Source of the DNA: Chiloscyllium plagiosum
Taxonomy: Eukaryota
Reading direction: 5' to 3'
DNA: 64,000 bases
Assembly: GCF_004010195.1 (NCBI RefSeq)
Contig: NC_057751.1
Location: forward strand, 13,275,659-13,339,658
This document shows, piece after piece, positions 37,263 through 50,734 of the stretch (position 1 is the stretch's first letter; each line of letters starts with the position of its first letter). The position numbers and the translations under genes were made by a program. The notes below the pieces were generated by a model that was not told the DNA's origin, ran no database searches, and worked only from the letters and a program-made list of their open reading frames with translations.

Positions 37263-39573
37263 TTTAGCACTGTTGCTATAATAATGTACAATAATTTTGC
37301 AATTTAATGAGCATTTGTTTTTGATTTGTACACAATGGTTTACCTGGCTAAGTTCAATTTGACTATGAATCCCTCCGAATTAAAAATCTGAATCGTGGAT
37401 AATGTTTAAAGTGGAACTTGGGAGACAAGGTAATGTCATAGTTATGTTATCACTAGACCAGCAATCCACAGACTCAATATTTTGGGGACCCTGGTTTGAA
37501 TCCCAAAAAGTCAAATTTCAAATCAATTAAAAAAACCTGGAATTAAAAGTCTAATATATTATCAGAAAAGTCCATCTGGTTCACTAATGTCCTTTAGGGA
37601 AAGAAACTGCCTTCTGTACTTGGTCTAACTTGGTCCAGGCCCACAGCAATGTGGTTGTTTCTCAAGTACTCTATGAAATGGCTCGGGAAGCCACTCAGTT
37701 CTATCAATTGCCAGGAAGTCTCAAATAAGAAATGGACAAAAATCCTGACATTGACCTTGGTACCAGAAATGACAAGAACAAACACAACCCTGTTGACGCT
37801 GCAAAGTCCTCCATACAAAATTTGGGTATCGTGCCAAAATTGGGAGAGTGGTATCACAGACTATTCTAACAAAAGCTTGACATAATCATTCTCATGGAAT
37901 CATACTTCTCAGACAATGTCCAGAAATCAACATCATCAGCTTTGGATATTTCTGTTTCACCAGCAGCACAGACCCAGTAGAAGTGATGTCACAGTGCTGT
38001 GCAGTTAGGAGGGCATTAGCCCGTGCTTCTCATGTCTTCAGGTCAAATATGGGCAATTGCTGATTACTAAATTCATGCCCCACCCTTGGCTGATGAATTA
38101 GTACACCACTTGGAGGAAGCACCGATTGTGGCAAAGGCACAGAATGTACTCTCAGTAGGGAATTCCATGTCCACCACCAAGAGTGACTTGGCAGCAATGC
38201 TGCTACTGATCACGCTGTTTAAGTCCTCAAGGACTGGGTCTTGACTGCAGACTGGGTCTATGGCATTTAGTGAGGGAACAATCGAGGAGAAAACAAACCT
38301 AACCTCACTCTCATTAATTTATTTTTTGCCACAGATGTATCTGTCTGTGATATTTGGAAAAGAGACCACCACACAGATCTTGTGAAGACGAAGTCCTGCC
38401 TTCACACTGAGAATACCTTACATAGTGCCAAACAACACAATCATCATATTACACAGTTTCAACTTCAAACAGATTGAGCAACTCAAGACGAGGCATCCAT
38501 GGGGCATGGGGGCCATCAACAGCAGCAGAATTGTTCTCAATCACAATCTGCAGCCTCATAACTCGGCTTATCACCAACTTTAACATGACCAACAAGCCAG
38601 CAGATCGATGGCTTAATGAAGAGTTCAGAAGGGCATGTGAGTAGCAGCACCAGGCATACTTAAAAATGAGCTGTGAAGCTACAAGCAAAATTGCATAAGT
38701 AGCAAGAGAGAGACACAGCAAAGCAATTCCACAACCAATGGCTCAGATTTAAGTTCTGCAATCTTATTATATCCTGTCATCAATGGTGGTGGACACTTAA
38801 TTCAATGGAGTAGGAGGGTCTATAAACATCTCTATCCTCAATGGCAGCAGAGCCCAGCCCAACAGTGCAAAAGGTAAGGCCGAAGAATTCACAAACTTCT
38901 TAGACAGAAATGCCACATGGATGATCTAGCTTGGCCTCCTCAGAGGTCCATTGCATTACAAATGCCAATTTTCATCGATTTGATTCACTCCACATGGAAT
39001 CGAATGACATTCTGACAATAGCACTAAAGACATGCCCGCCACAACTAGTATCAACCCTAGCCAAGCTATTCCAGTGCTGCAACTGTGCCATCTGCCCGAT
39101 CATGTGGAAAATTGCCCAGGTACGTTCCTTACATACAAAAACCATGACAAATGCAACAGCCAATTACCACCCCATTAGGGTACTCTCAGTCATCAGTAAA
39201 GCAGTGGAGGTTTTAATCAACAGTGCTATTGAGTAGCATTTGCTCAGCAATAACCTGCCCAGTTTGGATTCTACCAGGGCAACTCAGTTGCTGACCTTGC
39301 TAAAGTCACGACTTTAACTCAAACATGGATTAAAAATGCTGAATTCTGGAGGTGAAGTGAGAGTGACCACATTGACATCAAGGCCACATTTGACTGAAAG
39401 TGGCATTGGGGATCTTTCAAACCTGAAGGCAATGGGTATGAGGGGTCAACTCTCCAATGGTTGGAATCACATCTAACACAAAGGAAGATGATTTTGTTTG
39501 TTGGAGATCAGTCATTTCTACTCCAGGATATCAATGCAGGAGCTCCTCAAGGTACTTTCTGAGGCCCAACCAT

Positions 39574-40730
39574 AAAACCATAAGACAAAGGAGCAGAAAT
39601 TAGGCCATTCAGCCCAACGAGTCTGTTTTGCCAATCAATCATGGCTGATAAGTTTCTCAACCCCATTCTCCTGCTTTCTCTCTGTAACCCTTGATAGTCA
39701 AGAACCTATCTATCTTAGTCTTAAATATACTCAGTGACATGGCCTCCACAGCCTTCTGTGGCAGTGAATTCTATAGATTCATCACTCTCTGGCTGAAGAA
39801 GTTTCTCCTTATCTCCTTTCTAAAATGACTCCCTTTAAAGCTATGCCCTCGGGTCCTAGACTCCCCTACCAATAGAAACACCTTCCCAAAATCTACTCTG
39901 TCCAGGCCATTGAGTATTCTGTACATTTCAATTAGATCCCCTGTCATCCTTCTAAATTCAAATCGAGGACAGACCCAATGTCCTCAAACATTACTCATTT
40001 GTTAGGCTTTTCATTCCTGGGACCATTCTCGTGAATCTCCTCTGAACCTGCTCCAGAGCCAGTACATCCTTCCTGAGATGTGGGGCTCAAAACTGCGCAC
40101 AATACTCCAAATGTTATCTGACCAGAATCTTATACAGACTCAGAAGTACATCCTCTCAAAATAAATGCCATCATTGCATTTGACTTCCTAATTCCTGACA
40201 CAACCTGCAAGTTTGCCTTGAGGGTACCCTGGACTAGAACGCCCAAGTCTCTTTGCATTTTAGATTTGTGAATTTTCTCCCCATTTAGAAAATAATCCGT
40301 CTCTCTATTCTTCCTACCAAAGTGTATGACCTCACACTTTCCCACGTTGTACGCCATTTGCCACTTCTTTGCCCACTCTCCTAACCTGTCCAAATTCTTC
40401 TGCAGTCTCCCTGCATCCTCAATGGTATATGGCCCTCTACCTATCTTTATATCATCTGCAAAATTAGCCAGAATGCCCTTAGTTCCTTCATCTAGATTGT
40501 TAATGTATAAAGTGACAAGTTGTGATCCCAACACTAAGCCTTGTGGAACACCACTTGTCACAAGCTGCCATCCTGAGAAGGACCCTTTTATCCCCACTCT
40601 CTGCATTCTGGCTGACAGCCAAGCTTCTATCCATGCTAGCACCTTGCCTCTGACACCACGGGCCGTATCTTACTCAGTAGCCTCCTGTGTGGCACCTTGT
40701 CAAAGGCCTTCTTGAAGTCCAGGTAGATAA
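39574..40730 (-). mobile_element. CR1 3' portion
   Basis: Minus ORFs YLDFKKAFDKVPH, GVPQG, FADD; (ttatgg)n-type tail. Confidence 0.9.
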
Positions 40731-40786
40731 CAGCTGCTTCATCAGTGATCTTCCCTCCATTATAAAGGTCAGAAGTGTGGATGTTC

Positions 40787-43273
40787 AGGCAAGGACAAGG
40801 TGGGACTAATAAATTAAACTGCATTTATTTCAATGCAAGGGGCCTAACAGGGAAGGTAGATGAACTCAGGACATGGTTCGGAACATGGGACTGGGATATC
40901 ATAGCAATTACAGAAATGTGGCTCAGGGATGGGCAGGACTGGCAGCTTCATGTTCCAGGATACAAATGCTACAGGAAGGATAAAAAGGGAGGCAAGAGAG
41001 GAGGGGGAGTGGCATTTTTGATAAGGGATAGCATGACAGCAGTGCTGCGGGAGGATATTCCTGGAAATACATCCAGGCAAGTTATTTGGGTGGAACTGAT
41101 AAATAAGAAAGGGATGATCACCTTATTGGGATTGTATTATAGACTCCCTAATAGTCAGAGGGAAATTCAGAAACAAACTTGTAAGGAGATCTCAGCTATC
41201 TGTAAGAATAATAGGGTAGTTATGGTAGGGGATTTTAACTTTCCAAACATCGACTGGGACTGCCATAGTGTTAAAGATTTAGATGGAGAGGAATTTGCTA
41301 AGTGCGTACAAGACAATTTTCTGATTCAGTATGTGGATGTACCTACTAGAGAAGGTGTCAAACTTGACCTACTCTTGGGGAATAAGGCAGGGCAGATGAC
41401 TGAGGTGTCATTGGGGGAGCACTTTGGGGCCAGCGACCATAATTCGATTTGATTTAAAATAGTGATGGAAAAGGATAGACCAGATCTAAAAGTTGAGGTT
41501 CTAAATTGGAGAAAGGCCAATTTTGATGGTATTAGGCAAGAACTTTCAAAAGCTCATTGGAGGCAGATGTTCGCAGGTAAAGGGATGGCTGGAAAATGGG
41601 AAGCCTTCAGAAATGAGATAACGAGAATCCAGAGAAAGTATATTCCTGTCAGGGTGAAAGGAAAGGTTGGTAGGTATAGGGAATGCTGGATGACTAAAGA
41701 AATTGAGGGTTTAGTTAAGAAAAAGAAAGGAAGCATATGTCAGATATAGACCGGATAAACCGAGTGAATCCTTGGAAGAGTATAAAGGAAGTGGGGGTAT
41801 ACTTAAGAGGGAAATCAGGAGGGCACAAAGGGGACATGAGATAGCTTTGGCAAATAGAATTAAGGAGAATCCAAAGGGTTTTTACAAATACATTAAGGAC
41901 AAAAGGGTAACTAGGGAGAGAATAGGGCCTCTCCAAAGATCAGCAAGGCGGCCTTTGTGTGCAGCCACAGAAAATGGGGGAAATAGATAGTTACATCTTG
42001 CAAAATGTCCAGATTACAGAGGAGGAAGTGCTGGATGTCTTGAAACAGGTAAAGGTAGATAAATCATCAGGGCTGAGCGGTAGATGTGATCTATATGGGC
42101 CTCAGTAAGGCGTTAGACAAGGTTCCCCATGGGAGACTGATTAGCAAGGTTAAATCTCATGGGAATACAAGGAGAACTAGCCATTTGGATACTGAACTGG
42201 TTCAAAGGTAGAAGACAGAGAGTGGTGGTGGAGGGTTGTTTTTCAGACTGGAGGCCTGTGACCTTTGGAATGCCACAAGGATCGGTGCTGGGTCCTCTAC
42301 TTTTTGTCATTCACATAAATGATTTGGATGCGAGCATAAGAGGTACAGTTAGTAAGTTTGCAGATGACACCAAAGTTGGAGTGTAGTCGACAGCAAAGAG
42401 GGTTACCTCAGATTACAACACGATCTTGACCAAATGGGCCAATGGGCTGAGAAGTGGCAGATGGAGTTTAATTCAGATAAATGCGAGGTGCTGCATTTTG
42501 GGAAAACAAATCTTAGCAGGACTTGTACACTTAATGGTAAGGTCATGGGGAGTGTTGCTGAACAAAGAGACCTTGGAGTGCAGTTTCATAGCTCCTTGAA
42601 AGTGGAGTCGCAGGTAGATAGGATAGTGAAGGCGGCGTTTGGTATGCTTTCCTTTATTGGTCAGAGTATTGAGTACAGGAGTTGGGAGGTCATGTTGCGG
42701 CTGTACAGGACATTGGTTAGGCCACTTTTGGAATATTGCGTGCAATTCTGGTCTCCTTCCTATCGGAAAGATGTTGTGAAACTTGAAAGGGTTCAGAAAA
42801 GATTTACAAGAATATTGCCAGGGTTGGAGGATTTGAGCTATAGGGAGAAGCTGAACAGGCTGGGGCTGTTTTCCCTGGAATGTTGGAGGCTGAGGAGTGA
42901 CCTTATAGAGGTTTACAAAATTATGAGGGACATGGATATGGTAAATAGGCAAAGTCTTTTCCCTGGGGTCATCAGTCCAGAACTAGAGAGCATAGGTTTA
43001 GGGTGAGAGGGAAAAGATATAAAAGAGACCTAAAGGGCAACCTTTTCACACAGAGGGTGATACGAATATGGAATGAGCTGCCAGAGGCAGTGGTGGAGGC
43101 TGGTACAATTTCAATATTAAAGAGGCATTTGGATGGGTATATGAATAGGAAGGGTTTGGAGGGATGTGGGCCGGATGCTGGCATGTGAGACTAGATTGGG
43201 TTGGGATATCTGGTCGGCATGGACCGCTTGGACCGAAGGGTCTGTTTCCATGCTGTACATCTCTATGACTCCA
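40787..43273 (+). mobile_element. Young CR1 LINE ORF2 with internal deletions
   Basis: EN (CIYFNARGL..IIAITE..GDFNFPNIDW..SDHN) and RT C-half; deletions near 41985 and 42070; ctctatgactcc tail. Confidence 0.93.
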
Positions 43274-43890
43274 TGATCACACAATGCTCAGTACACATTT
43301 AGGATCCCTCAGATACTAAAACAGTTCATGTCCAAATGTAACAAGACCTGGACCATCTCCAGGCTTGGGCTGAAAAGTGACAGTAGCACCCACAGTACAC
43401 AAATGGCAGGCAACCGCAATCTCCAGGCAAGAAAATCTAACCATCATCCCTTCATATTCAAATGACTCATGCTGAATTCCCCACTGACAACTTCCTGGGA
43501 CGTTACCATTGATCAGAAACGGAATTGGACTCACCATACACCATACACATGGACATGGTGGCTGCAAAAACAGGTCAGAAACTAGGATCCTGCAGCTTGT
43601 AATTCACCTCCTAATTTCTCAAAAAAAGTGTCCACCATGTACCAAACACAAGTCAAGAGTGTGATGGAATACCCCTCGCTTTCAGGTTTAGCAATATCCA
43701 GTAAGCTTGACACCATCCAAGACAAAAGCAACCTGCCGGATTGGCACCACGTTCACAAATATCTACTCCCTCCACCACCAATGCAGCAGTGTGTTCCATT
43801 AACAAGATGCACTGCAGAAAATCACCAAGGCTCTTATGATAGCATCATCCAAAGTCTTGATTACTTCCATTTTTCTGAACCAGGGCAGCA

Positions 43891-44205
43891 GATTAGATTA
43901 CATTCCCTACAGTGTGGAAACAGGCCCTTCGGCCCAACAAATCCACACCGACCCTCCGAAGAGCAACCCACCCAGACCCATTCCCCTAACTAATGCACCT
44001 AACACTACAGGCAATTTAGCATGGCCAATTCACCTAACCAGCACATCTGTGGATATGGGAGGAAACCGGAGCACCCAGAGGAAACCCACGCAGACACAGG
44101 GAGAATGTGCAAACTCCACACAGACAGTTGCCCGACATTGGAATTGAACCCAGGTCCCTGGCGCTGTGAGGCAGCAGTGCTAACCACTGAGCCACTTTGC
44201 CGCCC
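43891..44205 (-). mobile_element. HE1 SINE (full length)
   Basis: Head/body/tail as in the other HE1 copies; flanking cagat repeat. Confidence 0.92.
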
Positions 44206-45356
44206 AGATACATGGGAACACCACCATCTGCAAGTTTCCTCCAAGCCACTCACCATTCCTGACATCGATCCTTCAGTGTCAGTGCATCAAAATCCTGGAG
44301 CGTGCTCCCTAACGTCATTGTGTACCTTCAAAACATGGAATTCTTATTCTTATCAATGACGCAGTTCAAGATGGCAGCACACTACCACCTTCTCAAGGAC
44401 AACTGGGATGAACAATAAATGCTGGCCCAACAACATGCACATTCCAGGAATGAATGGACAAATCTTGTAAATACTCCATCTCCACTTTCTTAATTGGGAG
44501 CTATTAGGTAATCAAGTCAGCCTTATTAAAATGCAACTTGGGGTCAAATGATGTCTTCAATATTTGATATTATTTTCTGGCCTACTGAATGGGCACCACC
44601 ATGGCTGCCTTCTTTGAAACATGGTCAGTAAGAGGGGTTCCTCGAACATGTGAAATGTGATCACAAAAATAGAAGAGTTGCAACCTTTATTCCTTCCACC
44701 TTGGTTCCATTGAGTGGATTCTGAATTATTTGTTACAGATCTGTCAACCAGTTGTCTCTTTCCACTGTTGGACGGATGGCTGACCAGCAGAAAATAAATG
44801 AAACCCAAGAGTTAAATATCTCAGGTCCAAAGCTGATTATTTGGTCATTGTTTGCTCGCTCTGGCCCACAACATTTCAAACACACCCAAATATCTTTTAA
44901 AAGCTGCCATTTTAAATGAAGAGCTTACACAAAATGACAAAAGTGAATTCAATAACAGTCAATAAAGTCATTAATAAATCTTAAATAATAATCTTAAAAA
45001 ACGTAGACTATGAAAAATTATTATAACATATCCTGGTCAAAATAAAATGGTTTCACATGAATGAACAAGTCTGCTTTCAATCGGTAACCTTAAACCTATT
45101 TCTTTGACCAGTGTTTTGATCATTTGGCTCAAAATCTTCTTCTGTGGCTTATCCTGTTCTATTTTTTGCCTGCAATTTTCCTTGGGAAGCTTCACATTAA
45201 AAAATGTGAAATTGATACAAGTTGTTGCTCACAAGGTTTTCAATAATATGTTCAAAATTAACAATGAAAATTGGCTAAGCTGAAAAGGAAGTGAGGTCTT
45301 CATGTCGGACAATTAGTTTCAGTTACAGAATTCCAGGATAGAATAAGCTGATTATG

Positions 45357-45567
45357 TAGAGGCAGTTATTTTATAACTTGATGGTTGCGTTCTTTTGCAA
45401 CCCTGCATTCCAGAAAAATCGCACTTTTGAAACAGCACTTAAAGTGTTAGTGATGTAATCACGTTACAGCCAACACACGTTTTAAAAGTTCACACTTTAG
45501 AAAGAGTCCCCAATCGCGTTAGTGAATTTGCGTTAACAAGACACACGTTATAGCAGAACAACCTGTA
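45357..45567. mobile_element. Tc1/mariner-pogo-type MITE
   Basis: Right end cgttatagcagaacaacctgta; degenerate left end tagaggcagttattttataac; TA at termini. Confidence 0.5.
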
Positions 45568-45569
45568 GG

Positions 45570-46075
45570 GTCAAAGTGGAAGCTTTTGCCTTTGCTAATT
45601 TTCTGTCTGGCCTCCCATATTCTACCTCTGTAAACTTAGGGTTATCCAAAAATTTGTTTCCTTTGTCTTAATTTGAATCAATTCCCATTCACTCAGCATA
45701 ACTATGTTCACTAATGTAAGTAAGCTACCAGTTAAGGAAACCATAATTTAAAAATGCTCAATTCGTGCTTTTAATGTAATCTTTTTTATCGCACATTCCT
45801 TTAAGATATCTAGGCTTTTTGAATTCTGGTCTCTCAACTCACCTGCTGGTGGCTGTACCTTCAGTTGGCAAAGTCCTAAACTCTGGAATTTCTTCCCTAA
45901 ATCGCCAGTGTGCTTGCCTCTTTTCAGATGCTCCTTAAACCTACTTCTTTGACCAGTGTTTTGATCATTTGGCTCAAAATCTTCTTCTGTGGCTTATCCT
46001 GTTCTATTTTTTGCCTGCAATTTTCCTTGGGAAGCTTCACATTAAAAAATGTGAAATTGATACAAGTTGTTGCTC
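45570..46075 (+). mobile_element. L2 LINE 3' remnant
   Basis: ctggcctccc..atccaaaa, ctctggaatttcttccctaa, ccttaaacctacttctttgaccag and tacaagttgttg resemble L2 3' ends. Confidence 0.6.
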
Positions 46076-47139
46076 ACAATGTTTTCAATAATATGTTCAA
46101 AATTAACACAATGAAAATTGGCTAAGCTGAAAAGGAAGTGAGGTCTTCATGTCGGACAATTAGTTGAACACTGATTTTGAGCCAAAATTCACAGATCGAC
46201 TCGAAAATTAAACCTTCTGGTGACCATATCATCTTGATTGCTTAGCCTTTTCTTCCAAAGCTTACTCTGGGGCTACAACCAATGCCCCACCTGTTCCAAG
46301 TGCAATTGTTTTCATATACCAAGGTCATCCAAATTATTTGTGTGTGTGTGATGCAATTAAGGTCTGGAGTCCAACTTAATCTGCCACAGGGCATGCTTCA
46401 TTGGAACTGAGAAGTTAGGGTTTGGTCACCAATCTACTTGTCACCAATTTTATTTTGTACGCTCGTCAAAACTGACATTCATCATGTAAACCATAAAGCC
46501 ATGTTACTTTCCTAATACTTCAGAAATACGAAACAGTTACCTTAATGCTGTTGCAAATGTGTTAATCAGAAAATATGTAACAATTCAAATCAGACAACTG
46601 AGATAACCATCTATTATGATCCAATATTTCACCAGTGTCAAACACATTTCTGGTGAACAAAGGCAGCAATATTCACATTACAAAATCTCTAATTTTCAGC
46701 AAATGTATCCTATCACAATTATGTTGAACAACATACATCACAAAGAAATACCTTAGAAAGTTTTTTTCATGCATTTGTGATTTTTCTTAAAATGCAAAAT
46801 GACCAGCATTCATTGTCCATTGGATGTGTGGCAGCATGATACACTGATGATATGTGGTGATACGTATGTTCACACAATATAAGGATGAGACAGCCCCATA
46901 GTGCTGAAGAATGAAAATAACTTTTATTACATGTTTACATAAATACACCTCAATAACAGACACCTGTGTGCCTTGGTTCAAGCTAAGCTTTCCTCCGTCT
47001 ATCACACTGCAAGAGAACAGAGACAAGCAAGAAGGAATCTGTGAGTTTTGTACCATTAGGTCACACACCATGATACAGTGCCGCCATCGTAAGCAAGTAC
47101 CTTAAAGGTACATTGCACTTCTGCTGAGAGACATAACAC

Positions 47140-47465
47140 ACCATTCATTACTGCCTTTGAGAAAATGGTGACGAGTCATATTCTTGAACTCCACCAATGT
47201 GGTGTCAGCATACACACGATTCTGTTAGGGAGGTTGTTCCACATTTGTGATAGTGAAGGAGCAGCAATTAGTTCCATATCAGTTTGGTGTACTTGGTCCA
47301 AGCATGGACAAAAATCTGAATTCCAAAAGTAAAGTGACAGTGACTGCCCTTGACATCAACACTCCTTGAACAGAGTGTCCAAACCTACAAACTTGACCAC
47401 TTGGATGGAAAAGGACAGCAGATGTATGGGACTGGCACCATCTGCAAAATTCCCTCCAAGTCAGT
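47140..47465. mobile_element. Small fragments of the SINE-headed LINE family (both orientations)
   Basis: ttcttgaac..ctgttagggagg (minus) and gtgactgcccttgacatcaa..caccatctgcaaaattccctccaag (plus). Confidence 0.55.
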
Positions 47466-50400
47466 TTTCTTCATCTGAATGAGAACAGGGAAAAGTCTGA
47501 GCTGATCATTCAGATTATTATAAAATGATTGACGTTTTCTGTAAATGTTAAGAGGCTCAATATCGGATCATATGAAATACTCTGAAGTACACTGCACTTG
47601 CCAACATATTTATTCACATAATTACGTGCTCATAGTAGAAAAATATACTCATCCTTAAGTTAGAGATTCTATAATACTGAACAAACTACCTTTTAAAAAT
47701 GAATACAAGCATTGTCAGTATTTATTTATAACTCCACAAGACTTTAGATTAGTTTACTTTTAGATTATACAGATTGCTAGTTATTTTCCACTTCAATTTC
47801 AAAACTTATAAAATTTCTCAGAAGGGAAATAAATGTACAGGTGAGTTACAAAACAAAAGTCACAAAAGCTATACATAGTCAGCAGCACTTGTAGGTCAGT
47901 CAGTTTTATTTGACTAACTTATCTTCACAAAGAACAGAAAGATAAAAAGCTGTATGACAAAATCAATATATTAACATATTCCAGGTCAGGACAGCATTTC
48001 TACCATCAGGAGCTAATTTTATCAAGAGTAATCTGGGCAATCCATGCAGACTTTGTGACATGTCTAAACAAGTTCCCATGCTCTGCTGCATACTCTTGGG
48101 TGACAGCTCATGTAGAAACTAATAACACAAACCAATCTCATTGACATGAGATACTTGTAGAGGAGCTGCCGCTAAATTAAAACCCATCTTCAGTACAATG
48201 GATGTGTTTTTTTCCAACATTTTCCAGCATCTATTAGTGTATTGCGAAAGATTTCAGTGCCTGAAATTGCATGGTGTAATGTATCTGCCTTAAATTAGCA
48301 TATACCAGAAACAAATGTATGCTTTCTCTCGAGAGTAGTCATGCTAAAATGAGCTATGACAGCGGTGATTACATTGTCGCATAAAATCAATTTTAAAAAT
48401 TCAACAACCTCAGTCTTGTGGGGGAGAGGATTATAAAGACACACAATCTTTTGGCTAAGCCATTCCTCTTCATATCAAATCCTAAATGGCTGTTATGAGA
48501 TGCTGTGTCTAAGGAATGGTCAATTGTGACTTGCTCACTGTCAAAAGGGTGCAAATTTGATCTTTTAAGATAAACCAGAGGAGCATTGTGATGTAACAGC
48601 AGTAAGTTACTCAATGGCTGAAACCAACGTTATGCAGACATCAAAGCTTGGAAACGTGAGAATATCATGGAAAATTTCAATAATCACGTTGACAGTTGGA
48701 CTCAGTTGCAAATCTAAATTGCTATCAGCCAGCATTTAAATTGAACACTGAAATAAAGATATTTGAATTGATATTATGTTTGTTGCAATTACTTGCCTTC
48801 AAAGAAGGCAACAAGCAGATTTAACATTTAATTTTCCAACAGTATTTTGGTTAGTTATACTCAGGTTGCTGTCCGATCAAGGTTCATGGTCAACCCAAAA
48901 TAAACTACCTGAATTTTCGTAAATACATAGAAAAGGACTGCTTCAGAATTTACATATGGGAATGAGATGCTGAACCAAAACTATATCCACAAAAGTTCAA
49001 AACTTTTATAAATGTGCATTGTGCGATTAAAGATATTTTATATATAATGTTTAGAATTTAAATGTTAAACAGTGGCAGGTGAGGTTGGTTGCTGTTAAGT
49101 AGAGTTTTAAAAATAAATAGCGCTGTCAAACAGGCCTTCTGGAACAATTATTTAATCCGTTTTGTGTCAGAGAATAGGAAAGACCTGGAGTGCTAATCAA
49201 ATATTGTTTCTGTAATGCTGGTTTATGACAGAGTGTAAACATTGAAAGCCATTAGCTTGTTTTTGGTTAAGGATATTAAGGATTGATTTTAACTCAGAAA
49301 ACCCAAAGGTTGAAAGTTTTATGGCAGTTCAGAAAGCCTGACAAAGAACCTCATTTATATCCCTCCCATCTCACACGTATAGCAAAATGGAGGAGATCCT
49401 ATTTAACAGTAATAGGCAAGTAGTTTTTGTTGGTTTGATACTATATTATTGGTATATTAAACATATATTTCATTGAATATATTTATGTTGATTTGGCCAA
49501 ACAGAAATTATGAAATATAAAGTTATTCATTTCTCTTGCACAGTTAGTTAGCATTTGTAAACTGAAACAGCAACAAATCTCAACTCAAGCTTGTATTCAA
49601 CTTCCATACCTTGTGAATGAGATGAGAAAGCAGAAGAGCAGCTTGTTTGTCAACAGCACTGATCAACAGTTGAAAATATCAATGCAAGTCAGAAGGCTCA
49701 CCTGAAGTGCTGTAACCAGATGACAGTTCTCACATGGGAGGACAATAGTATTTGGGTGATTTGGGTGCACTTGCCATTTTGTCCCAAGTTGGCAATACAC
49801 AAAAATCAACTGCAGTTTCAGTCCAAGCAATCAGCTCAACATTGTGCTTTAGTAGAGTTTTTTTCCCCCATCTGTTGCCACACTTCAGCATCATTAGCTG
49901 AAAACCACCAAACCCCAATCCACTGTAGCAATATTGCTCAGGGTATGACTTCAGCTCAATTCTGCAGATGGCGAAGCTTGTTGCAATTTTTAAAGCAATG
50001 TTTGCCCTGCAGTGAAAGAAAAAATTAGGAGGCTTAGCCGGTGGCTCCCAGGTGTCCAGAAGTGAACTGGAAGACATCTGCTAGATCAGGAATACTCAAC
50101 TATTTAGGCAGAGGATTGAACTACGCTTTCTCGTCCATAAAATGTGGATGCAGAAAAGCAACTAATAAAAGTTGCGATTACCATCTGAAATAAAAATCTG
50201 CTTTGTTTGATCCTGACGAGAAGAATCTACCAAAGCTGTGGGCACCATGAGAAAATCAGCATAAACTTGAAGTAAATTTTAGAGGAATATTGTATTAGAG
50301 ACAGCCAGTGAGAGTTTGGATGACCTTGTTACCCAACACCGAGAAATCAAAAGCATGTAGCTTCTGTTGTGAAATTTTGAGAAGAAATAATGGAGTTGAT

Positions 50401-50734
50401 TATCATGGCATTCCAGAGAGATCCTCCATAAAAGACAGAAGGGATTCAGCATGGAAAGTATACTACAGATCAAGGAGAGATACACATTTTGTGTTCTGAA
50501 GGAGGATCATTTAACCTAAAAAATTAACTTTGCTTTCTCTCCATGGATGCTGCCACACCTGCTGAGTCTTTTAATCAATTTCTGATTTTGGTCATGGTTT
50601 GTGACAGTATTTGCATGCCTTAAGATCTGGAACGTTTCTCCAAGGCACACAAGCAAAGCAAGGTGGTACATTAGCTTTGGAATTTCCAACAAACCATGTG
50701 GGTGCCCACATACATAGTCATGTGCAAAGCTGTG

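Larger units (their letters stand above)
37420..44460 (+). mobile_element. Near-full-length CR1/L2-group LINE with tRNA-derived SINE-like 5' end; pieces 37420-39573, 40731-40786, 43274-43890, 44206-44460
   Basis: B box ggtttgaatccc (37493-37504), central domain catctggttcactaatgtcctttaggga (37573-37600), EN GIVPKLGE..DIIILMESY (about 37825), RT NYHPIRVLSVISK, QFGF, DIKATFD, GAPQG, SCFISDLP; tail aataaatgctggcc..gaatgaa. Confidence 0.8.
45088..46165 (+). repeat. Direct duplication: 45088-45318 and 45933-46165
   Basis: 231/233-bp copies; by eye they differ by two substitutions and one 2-bp indel. Confidence 0.95.
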
